DNA of 64,000 bases from the NCBI RefSeq assembly GCF_009914755.1, contig NC_060925.1; one strand, written 5' to 3'. Each line of letters begins with the position of its first letter. Within the stretch, counting starts at the first letter, position 1. The position numbers and the translations under genes are program-made. Of the stretch, positions 16,079 through 29,964 are shown piece by piece. The stretch comes from the human T2T-CHM13v2.0 reference genome, Homo sapiens. Under the pieces are notes generated by a model. It had not been told where the DNA came from. It ran no database searches and saw only the letters and a list, made by a program, of their open reading frames with translations.

Positions 16079-16587
16079 CAACCCAACAGCAGGACAAGTT
16101 AAAATCCAAGAGCTATTTTCCAAGAATATGAACAATCTGTCCAGAAATAAATTCTAAGATGAATCTCAGAGATGCAGAATCATAGAGAAGCAGTTTGAGG
16201 TAGTCCCAATATCTGTATCAGATATCAACTCAGGTTGGGGGAAAAAAAAAAAAAGCCAGGGAAGGGGAACTTTACTTGGTCTTTGTAAGGTGCATTTTTT
16301 TTCCAGCTTAAATTTTTCATAAACAGAACAGAAAAAATCTAAAAATCTACTATCAAAATAATCCTATGCATTCTACTTTCAAAATAAATCACAATTCTGA
16401 TAACTTCTCATCAACTCTACAGCTATTTCCTTAGAGCATGTTGTCATCGTGTCTAATCTCCTCCTAACTCTCTGTTTCCATTCTAATCTCAATACCCTGG
16501 CTATACTCGCCTCCACCACCACCATCCCCCGACGCCCCAACACACCTCAAGTCAATTCTCAGCAGGCTAAGTAAAGCAAATGAGCCC

Positions 16588-17368
16588 TGCTATGGGCTGA
16601 AATGTGTTCCCCCCAAAATCCTATGTTGAATCCTTAAACCCTACTACCTCAGGATGTGATTGTATTTAGAGACAGGGCCTTTAAAGAGGTAATTAAGCTA
16701 AACATCAGGCCTCTAAAGTAGGTCTGAATCCAATCTGAATGGTATCCTTATAAAATGAAGAAATTTGGAAACACGATGGTACACCAGATATGTGTGCACA
16801 CAGAGAAAAGACCATGTGAGGAGATACCAAGGAGAAGGCCAACCGCAAGCCAGAAAGGCCTCAGAAGAAACCGAATAGGGCCGAAGAGGACGGATCATGA
16901 GGTCAGGATATCAAGACCATCCTGGCCAACATGGTGAAACCCCGTCTCTACTAAAAATACAAAAAAATTAGCCAGGCATGGCGGCGCGTGCCTGTAGTCT
17001 GTCTCAGCTACTCGGGAGGCTGAGGCAGAATTGCTTGAACCCGGGAGGCGAAGGCTGCAGTGAGCCGAGATGGCGCCACTGCACTCCAGCCTGGGCGACA
17101 GAGCAAGACTCAGGAAGAAAGGAATTCCGGAAGGGAGGGACGGAGGGAGGGGGGAGGGGGGAAGGGGAGGAGGGGGGAGGGAGGGAGGAAAGAAGGAAGG
17201 AAGGAAGGAAGGAAGGAAGGAAGGAAGGAAGGAAGGAAGGAAGGAAGGAAGGAAGGAAGGAAACCAAATAGGCTGACAGCTTGATCTTGAACTTCTAGAC
17301 CCCAGAGCTGTTATTTAAGCTACTCTGTCTTTGATATTTTGTTATGGCAGCCTTAGCAAATTAATACA
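16588..17368 (+). mobile_element. MLT1A-like MaLR LTR interrupted by an Alu and a GGAA repeat
   Basis: TGCTATGGGCTGAAATGTGTTCCCCCCAAAAT start and TTTGTTATGGCAGCCTTAGCAAATTAATACA end. Confidence 0.8.
17195..17262 (+). repeat. (GGAA)17 microsatellite preceded by a G-rich tract, at an Alu tail
   Basis: 17 uninterrupted GGAA units counted. Confidence 0.95.
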
Positions 17369-17860
17369 AGGCCATTTCCCTTTTCAAAATTCATAATTGG
17401 CTTCCCATCATACTTAAAATCCAAAATCCTTACCATGGCCTATACAATGCTCAACATAATCTCGTTCTCATTTACCTCTCCAACCTTCTTTCCCACTACT
17501 CTTCCTTCATTCTGTTTGCTCTAAACAAATGACTTTATTGTTGTTTCCTAAACACTGCCAACAGACTCTCAGTCCAGGGCCTTCGTGCTTGCTGTTCTGT
17601 TGGCCTTAGGGGCCCTTGACCCAGATAAAGTATGTGCCCGACTGCTCTACCTCTTTCAAGTCTTTCATGAAATGTCTCCTTTTGGCCCGGCCGCAGTGGC
17701 TCACACCCGTAATCCCAGCACTTCGGAAGGCCAAGGCGGGCAGATCACTTGAGGTCGGGAGTTAAAGACCAGCCTGGCCAACAATGGCGAAAACCCGACT
17801 CTATTAAGAATACAAACATTAGCTTGTGTGGTGGCATACGCCTGTAGTCCCAGCTACTCA

Positions 17861-17962
<102 letters not shown>

Positions 17963-18676
17963 TCACAAAAAAAAGAAAAGAAAAGAAAAGAAAAGAAATG
18001 TCCCGTTTTCAGAAATGCCTTCTCTGACCACACTACCTAAAATAGCTCTTTCGCCCATTTCTATTCTCTTTTATCCTACTTTAACCTTCTTCGCACCATT
18101 TATCATTACTTGATTTTATTTTCTGCCTGCACCATTAGAATGTTATCTCTGAGGACAGAGCTTTTCTTTCCTTCACAGCTATATCCTGGGACAACACCAG
18201 GCATATATATACCAAACATTTAATAAACAGATATTGAATAAACAAAAGAATGTTAACGCCTGGAGGGGACCTGATACATAGTAGGTACTTAATATCTACT
18301 TAATGAAACAAAATGAGACAAAATCTAACACCTAATTTAAAAAAAAAAGAAAGCTATGTGTACAACATGTATCCATTAAATGCATATAAAGTTACAACAA
18401 CAGAACTAAAAGTACACAAATCAAATGGAATGGTAATGTATATATCTGGGGAAAGGAGAAAAACTAGAGATACAAAGATATTTTACACTTTATAATTTTT
18501 TTTTTTTTGAGACCAAGCCTCACTCTGACGCCCAGGTTGGAGTGCAGTGGTGCCGTCTCGGCTCACTGCAACCTCCACTTCCCAGGTTCAAAGTGATTCT
18601 CCTGCCTTAAGCTCCCGGGTAGCTGGGACCACAGGCGTGCACCACCGCACCTGGTTAATTTTTTTATTTTTAATAG

Positions 18677-18808
<132 letters not shown>

Positions 18809-18828
18809 TAAAACATTTTCACTCTTTT

Positions 18829-20310
18829 TGTGTCTGGAATTGTTGGGTTCTTGGTCTCACTGACTTCAGGAATGAAGCCGCGGAGCCCCGCGGTGAGTGT
18901 TACAGTTCTTAAAAGCGGCTTGTTTGGAGTTTGTTCTTTCCAATGTTCGGATGTGTTCAGAGTTTCTTCCTGCCTGTGGGTTCGTACTCTCGCTGGCTTC
19001 AGGAGTGAAGCTGCAGACCTTCAGGGTGAGTGTTATAACTCATAAAGGTAGTGAGAACCCAAAAAGTGAACACCAACAAGATTTATCGCCAACAGCGATG
19101 GAACTCGACCCAAGTGGGTTATCACCCCAGGAGCCTGCAGCCTGCTTTTATTCTTATCTGGCCCCACCCACATCCTGCTGATTGGTCCATTTTACAGAGA
19201 GCCGATTGGTCTGTTCTACAGAGAGCTGATTGGTCCATTTTGACAGGATGCTGATTGGTGTGTTTACAATTCCTGAGCTAGACACAAAAGTTCTCCACCT
19301 CCCCACTAGATTAGCTAGATACAGAGTGCTGATTGGTGCATTTACAAACCCTGAGCTAGACACAGAGTGCTGATTGGTGCATTCACAAACCTTGAGATAG
19401 ACACAGAGTGCCGATTGGTGCATTCACAATCCTTTAGCTAGACATAAAGGTTCTCCAAGTCCCCACCAGATCAGCTAGACACAGAGTGCAGATTGGTGCA
19501 TTTACAAACCTTGAGCTAGACACAGAGTGCTGATTGGTGAATTCACAAACCCTGAGCTAGACACAGGGTGCTGATTGGTGTGTTCATTAACCTCGAGCTA
19601 GGCACAGAGTGCTGACTGGTGTATCCACAATCCCCCCAGCTAGACATAAAGGTTCTCCGAGTCCCCACTAGACTCAGGATCCCAGCTGGCTTCACCCAGT
19701 GGATCCAGCACCGGGCCAGCAGGTGGAACTGCCTGCCAATCCCCTGCCTTGCGCCCGCGCTCCTCAGCCCTTGGGCGATGGATGGGACTGGGCGCCGTGG
19801 AGCAGGGGGCGGCGCTCGTTGGGGAGGCTCGGGGAGTGCAGGAGACCACGGCGGGGTGGGAGGCTCAGGCACGGCGGGCTGCAGGTCCCGAGCCCTGCCC
19901 TGCGGGGAGTCAGCTAAGGCCCGGCGAGAAATCGAGCGCAGCGCCAGTGGGCTGGCACTGCTGGGTGACCTGACGCACCCTCCGCAGCTGCTGGCCTGGG
20001 TGCTAAGCCCCTCACTGCCAGGGGCCAGCGGCCACTCTGAGTGCGGGCCCGCCAAGCCCACGCCCACCTGGAACTCTAGCTGGCTCACAAGCCCCTCGTG
20101 CAACCCCGGTTCCCGCCCGTGCCTCTCCCTCCACACCTCCCCGCAGGCTGAGGGAGCCGGCTCCAGCCTCCGCCATCCCAGGAACGGGCTCCCACAGTGC
20201 AGCGGCGGCCTGAAGAGCCCCTCAAGCACAGCCAGAGTGGGCACCGAGGCCGAGGAGGCGCCAAGAGCAAGCGAGGGCTGTGAGGGCTGCCAGCACGCTG
20301 TCACCTCTCA
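18829..20310 (-). mobile_element. LTR12 (ERV9) solo LTR, LTR12C-like
   Basis: Minus strand begins TGAGAGGTGACAGCGTGCTGGCAG and ends AAGAACCCAACAATTCCAGACACA; tandem CCAAT-containing repeats at 19178-19620; GC-rich U3; 4-bp TTTT TSD. Confidence 0.93.
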
Positions 20311-20339
20311 TTTTGTAATAAAAAATATTCATTTATGAT

Positions 20340-22819
<2,480 letters not shown>

Positions 22820-24804
22820 TGAAACAGAACAGGGACACCTTTTAAGGGCCTGTGGGCCCCTAAGCATAGAAATACAAGAAAATATTAAGTTCTTTCAAGG
22901 GAAATTTCTGGCACCTAGCTAGCCTTGGAAAGTAAACATGCAACTTAATAAGCAAGTAATAGTAACTTTAAAATAGCCAAGGAAGTCAGAGTCATGAGAA
23001 CGTTTGCTTCCCTACAGAAACTAAAGATAACATCTCAACATCTGTCACTTCAGTTGTTTTTCAGAAACCTGAACTCCCAGCAAAAGGATCTGCGGGCACA
23101 CAGACCTCAGATAAGGAGGAACTGGGTACTGAACTCGTCTGCTATCCTGAAATTTACCCCTGCCTTTAAAAACTGTTACCTGCAAATCATAGGGGAGGTC
23201 AGAATTTAAGGGTTAGTCACCTGGTCCTCCTTGCTTGACACCCTGTAAATAAACACCATGCCTTCCTTTCTACCACTGCAAAATCTTGGTGTGGATATCT
23301 GGCCTTATTGGACTGGGTGAGCCAACTCCGGTTTGGTTCTCTAAACACCGGCAACCAAAATGGGACAAAAGTCTGGAGTGGGTGCCTCATCTGTACCACA
23401 TAAGTCCCTGGCCGCAGCCACCCTTGGGCCCAATCCAGCAGCTGCCTGAATTATTTTATTCAGGGACAGATCCGTGTATTTGGCAGGCAATCAGACACCG
23501 TTGGCCTGTGGTGCTTCTACTTTCACAGCATTAGAAATAAATCACCTGAGAAGATGTCTTTTGGTAAGTGGGGGGTTGATGTGTGATAGCCCCATAGTAT
23601 TTTTCCTTTCAGCAGGAAATCCAGCCTTGCTTCAGCAAGGTATTGGGCTCTACTTCATCAGAATGCACTTGGTGGGAGATATCCCAGAGCTGAAGACTGA
23701 AACCTTGAAAAATCACAATTTGATTGTGATTTACTTGCTTGAAAATCTATTTAATACTTAACACCTGGCCAAGGCATTAAAGGTTTGTCACCTAGGTTTT
23801 GCGACAAACCTTTAATGCCTTGTCCAGGGTTTTGTTTCATTTGAGAAACACAAGTTCTATTTCCTTTGTAGCCCATTAGGGTGTATTCTGCAGAATTGGG
23901 CCATTTTTAGATTTGGGCCCAAGGAAAAAAAAAAAAAGATTTTTTTTTAATTGCAGTAGTGCTTGGCCACAGTATTTTTTAAGACTCCAGAAAAAAGCCT
24001 GAAAAGGGGAACCTTTAAACTGGACCCCTAAATTTTAAAATAATCTCAGGCATCTCTCTAAACAATTGCTTTTACAAAAAAAAGTTATTTTCTAAACAAA
24101 TTTTACAAAGGACACTTAATAGTGTCATGACTAGCCTTGAGAATTCACTTGACTAAATTAAAGAACAAATATCTCACCTAAAACAAGGTTAAAATCCTTT
24201 GCAAGCTCAAAACTGCCTGCTTTAGATCCCCTCCAGGAACAGCAGTGGTAAAGCACTGAGGCTGCCTGGGTTGAATTCCCAGCCAAGGAACACATCATTT
24301 TTTGGTTTAATATTTGTGTGACTTTTGCCATTTATCGTTCCTTTTTCCTTCTATGGGCAGCTTTTGATTTCCTGTCCTCCATCTGTGAGGGGGGCAGCCT
24401 ACAGGTTTTTTGGTATGCTTTTTGGTACACGTTGTGTGTGTGAATGGTCAGCTGAGAAACTGAGGCTCTAGAGAATATGGCCAAACAGAAATGTGGTCTG
24501 TACTCCATTTATGGCTGACGAAATTTTCCTCTCTTTAAGCTGTCTTTGGGGCAGCTCTGAATCTTGTGAAAACTGCTTTCCACCTCTTTCGAGACCTCAT
24601 GTGTCCTTGTTGAAGTCATAACCCTGGCTAACGCTTCTTAGTTTCATGGGGGAGAATATCTTTGGGGTGAAAAGAGTTCAAAAGCCAGAAATATCAACTG
24701 TTTGTCCCAGCTAAAAATCTGATAGTAAGAGATTTGAAAGGATATTTTTTTAAGAACTCTATACTCAAAAGTCTAATTAAAACTAATATTTAGGCCATAT
24801 TTGT

Positions 24805-25488
24805 GTATGTATATATAACTATATATATAAAATTATATAACTATAACTATATATACATTATATATAACATGTATATGAGGCCTTAAAACTATATTTATAT
24901 AGTTTTAAACTATAGTTTATATATATAGTTTTAAACTATATAGTTTATAGTTTTAAACTATATAGTTTATATATAGTTTTAAACTATATAGTTTATATAT
25001 AGTTTTAAACTATATAGTTTATATAGTTTAAAACTATATAGTTTATATAGTTTAAAACTATATAGTTTATATAGTTTAAACTATATAGTTTATATAGTTT
25101 TAAACTATATAGTTTAAACTATATAGTTTTAAACTATATAAACTATATAGTTTTAAACTAGTTTATATATAGTTTTAAACTAGTTTAAACTATATAGTTT
25201 ATGTAGTTTTAAACTATATAGTTTATGTAGTTTTAAACTATATAGTTTATGTAGTTTTAAACTATATAGTTTTAAACTATGTAGTTTTAAACTATATAGT
25301 TTTAAACTATGTAGTTTTAAACTATATAGTTCATGTAGTTTTAAACTATATAGTTTAAAACTATATAGTTTATGTAGTTTTAAACTAGTTTATATTTTTT
25401 TATATAGTTTAAACTATATAGTTTTTAATAGTTTTATATATTTATAGTTTTTTTAATAGTTTTATATATAGTTTTTTATAGTTTTTTA
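24805..25488. repeat. AT-rich minisatellite built from AAACTATATAGTTT-type units
   Basis: Direct reading; variants include TATGTAG, with alternating TTTTAAA spacers. Confidence 0.95.
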
Positions 25489-25932
25489 TGTGAGCCTCCA
25501 TGCCCGGCCACTTTTCTTATTTTCTCTGTCTACTACTGGCTTAGCAAATTCTGTGTGCTGCCCTGGAGTCTTAATTACTTCAGGTGATCACACTGAACTA
25601 TAAATATAATTGCCTTTTTGTTATGCTTCCTTGTGGACTTTCATCCTCCCAAATTAAAAGGGCAATTTTATAATTAGAATTTCTGAGACGTTGACAAAGA
25701 CAGGTAACCTATAGATATATCATCTGACCCAGCTAATAGAACAATGATACTCAAGTTCCTTCAATCATCATAATCTGAGGGCCCCTTTCAGAATATTACA
25801 TAAAAGAATTCCTGGCCAGGCACGGTGGCTCATGCCTATAATCCCAGCACTTTGGGAGGCCGAGGCGGGTAGATCATGGTGTCAGGAGTTCGAGACCAGC
25901 CTGACCAACATGGTGAAACCCTGTCTCTACTA

Positions 25933-26253
<321 letters not shown>

Positions 26254-26374
26254 TTAGAAGTCTGCTCTCTAAACATGTCAGAAATCCCGTATCTTAGCTG
26301 CAAGTAAATTAACTCATTAAAAGTAAACAAGTCCACATACTCACTTTGGGATCCACAAATCTATTCTTGCCCAG

Positions 26375-26932
26375 GTACTAAAAAGATGGATGCGGGTTAT
26401 TTCTTTGGATGGACTTTGTTACCTTGGTGGGGAGTGGCATCCTATGAGCACATGATTAGAAATCTCTCTCTTTAGGAATTCTTGCTAAGGAAACTTCAGC
26501 AGCAATAGCTGTCTAGCAGAAAAGAATTAATTCATTGGCTCAGGTGTCTTAGATAATAGGATAGCCTTAGATTACATCTTAGCCAAGCAGGGAGGAGTGT
26601 GTATGGTTGCAAATCCCACATGCAATACTTATATAAATGAATCTGCTGAGGTAGAAACTCATCTAAAATAAATTAGAGAACAAGTCACTTGGTTACAACA
26701 GATCTCCCTGACTGTCCCTAAGGACTGGTTTTCTTCTTTCTTTTCTTGGATTCCTCATGGAATAAAATCCATGTTTTCTGGATTGCTAAAGTTATGCATA
26801 TCAATCTTGCTAATTTTTCTTGTGCTTTATATCATAACCAAATGTGTGTTAAAATGTAATAAAGCAGTGACTAATACAAATAATGACAGTTCAGCACCAT
26901 GGTGCCATGCCTGGGACTCATGGATACCTTGA
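26375..26932 (+). pseudogene. Decayed retroviral env TM subunit
   Basis: Translates (with stops and frameshifts) to YFFGWTLLPWWGVASYEHMIRNLS...LDNRIALDYILAKQGGVCMVANPTCNTYIN...WFSSFFSWIP...LCISILLIFLVLYII: fusion peptide, immunosuppressive domain, CX6C and TM helix. Confidence 0.85.
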
Positions 26933-27452
26933 ATTCCGTGCTAGGAACTTACTATCCTCAGCCAGGGGCGGTGGCTCACACCTGTAATCCCAGCACTTTG
27001 GGAGGCCGAGGCGGGTGGATCACGAGGTCAGGAGTTTGAGACCAGCCTGGCTAATATGAGGAAACTCTGTCTCTACTAAAAATACAAAAAATAGCCAGGC
27101 GTAGAGGTGCACACCTGTAGTCCCAGCTACTCAGGAGGCTGAGGCAGAAGAATCGCTTGAACCCAGGAGGCAGAGGTTACAGTGAGCCGAGATCATGCCA
27201 CTGCACTCCAGCCTGGGCGACAGAGCAAGATGCCATCTCAAAAAAATAAAGAAAAGAAACTTAATATCCTCATATCCTAGTCCTCAATCTTTGCCCCAAT
27301 TCAACAGGAAGTAGGCAGAGCAGTCTGCACCCCAGTACCCCACAAGATTGATGGGTGACAAAAGATGGGGAATTGAGATGACGCAGGGACCCCAAGCATA
27401 GAAAAAAGGAAAATCTTCAGTTATTTCAAAGGAAACTTCAGGCACCTAGCTA

Positions 27453-27656
<204 letters not shown>

Positions 27657-29064
27657 TTAAGAGTCACAAGAATGTTTGCTTCCCTATAAAAACTAAAGAT
27701 AATACCTTAACATGTCTCCAGTTGTTTTTCAGAAACCTGTGCCCACACCAAAAGGATCTGCCAGCACAGCAACCTCATATAGAGAGGAACTGGGGACTGA
27801 ACTCTGACTCCCCTTCTTTGTTCTAAATTTCTTTCTGAGGGGCCTGGAGAAGATTATACCCATGAGCCAGTGCTAACATTCTTTTCTGCTGATCTCAAAT
27901 TTTTAGAAAAAGCTTTGCCTCCTTAACCAACTGCAAATCAGAAAATCTTCTACTGTACCTATGACCTATACACCACTGCTTCAAGATATCCCAACCTTTT
28001 AGGCCAAAATCAGTGTGTAACCCTCCATGTATGGTTTATGATTTTGTCTGTAACTTCTGCTATCCAGAAATTTACCACTGCCTTTAAAAACCCTTACCTG
28101 CAAATCATCGGGGAGGTCAGGATTTAAGCATTAGCTACCTGGTCCTCTTTGCGTAGCATCCTGAAAATAAATGCCTTCCTTTCTACTGCTGCAAAACCTC
28201 AGTGTGGTTATGTCCTTATTGTGCCAGGCGAGCAGACCCAAGTTCAGTTCTATAACAGAGCTAAAAGGAAAGAATGTTTTTATTTAAGAAAAAAAAATTG
28301 GTATAATATTTGGGTGAAGAAAATTTGTACCAAACAAGATAAAAAATCCAAGCCCTTATAAAGAAAAAAAAAATGAAAAGAGTTCACTGTATACTAATTT
28401 TAAGTTTTTATAAAACAATATCATAAACAAAATCAAACAGCAAATTGCATACTGGGAGGAAAAACTAACAACATGTAAGAGTTCCTTCAAATCATTAAGA
28501 GAAAAAAACCCTATTAAAAAATAAGCTTAAAAATATGTGCTATACAGCCTGGCCAACATGGCAAAACCCTGTCTCTACAAAAAATACAAAAAAAAGTAGC
28601 TAGGTATGGTGACGCACCCCTGTAATCCCAGCTACTCAGGTGTCTGAGGCTGGAGGATCACTTGAGCCAGGGAGGAAGAGGTTGCAGTGAGCCAAGATTG
28701 CGCCATGGCACTCCAGCATGGGTGACAGATGGAGACTCTGTGTCAAAAAAAAATAATAATGATAATAATAATATATACTACACACATTACAAGAACACAA
28801 GATGTCAAATAAAATGATGCGCAATCTCACTAGAAATAAAAGACAATCAACTTAATGAAATATTTTTCATCCAACAAATTAACTAAACAAAAAATAAAAA
28901 CAATTGCTATCCAGTGCTGATAAGTGGACAGATTATTCTCACACATTTCTGATGAATCTCAAATGGTATCACATTCTTGTAGGGAAATACAGCCATTTTT
29001 ATTTTTAATGTAAACTCTGAATACTTTTCATTCAGTAATTTCATTTCTAGGTATTTCATTTCTA

Positions 29065-29840
29065 GGAAAAACTCTCAAACGGTTTTTCTTTTTCTCTCAT
29101 ACTACTACAATGGTCAGCAACCAAAGTCTTCTGTGACCAAATCCGTGCAATTAATTCTTCAGTGGACACCAACTGGGTGTCCTCCAAATCAGCTCCAACA
29201 CTACCTGGAAATAGCATCAGATCCCCCAGGATGAGGGCTCAGTCCCCAAGACTGCCCTGCCAACAAACAAACATACCAGTTTCAAGTCCAGACCTCTGGA
29301 ACTTCTGACTTACCGGCTTTCAAGTTGGGGTTCCCACGACCTCCTCTTTGGGTTTGATTAATTTGCTGGAGGGCTCACAGAACTTTGGGAAACACTTACA
29401 TTTACTGGTTTATTGTAAAGGATATTACAGATAAAGAGATGCACAGAGTGAGGTATGGGGGAAGGGGCACAGGGCTTCTATGCCCTTCCTGTGCAGGCCA
29501 CCCTCCAAGAACCTCCACGTGTTGAGCCATCCTGAAGCTTCTGGAACCTAGTCCTCCTGGGTTTTTATGGAAATTTCAAAATATCAGCATTCCTTCCTCC
29601 AAGGATAGGGTGGGACGCCCTCTGAGGAGGGTCTTATAACTCCCAATCAGAAAGGCAGGGAAGATTATAGGGTCTTGTCTTGGGGCAGATGAGAGATGGA
29701 TAGGAGAAGGTCTGAGAAATTCTGTTTCCTGAGGCCTGCCCATGAGACCTGACACACCCAACATTGTAACAAAAAGACTTTAACAAGGGCTATGGGAGTT
29801 ACAAGCCAGGAACAATGGATGAAAACCAATATATGTAACA
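29065..29840 (-). mobile_element. MER21A-like LTR
   Basis: Minus-strand start TGTTACATATATTGGTTTTCATCC...CCCATAGCCCTTGTT and the TTTGGTCACAGAAG end motif recalled for MER21. Confidence 0.72.
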
Positions 29841-29964
29841 TTTGTTAAATTAAGTCTAGATACATGAGACCTGACACACCCAACATTGTAACAAAAAGAC
29901 TTTAACAAGGGCTATGGGAGTTACAAGACAGGAACAGTGGATGAAAACCAATATATATAACATC

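Noticed and set aside
16978-17284. ORFs with EGRK or PSFL repeats
   Set aside because: Translations of the GGAA microsatellite and an Alu
19178-19660. Regularly spaced ~40-bp repeats resembling a CRISPR array
   Set aside because: LTR12 enhancer tandem repeats with no unique spacers, no cas genes and a eukaryotic context
19543-20338. Long overlapping ORFs of 253 aa and 239 aa
   Set aside because: Lie in the GC-rich U3 of LTR12, where stop codons are rare; no recognisable domain
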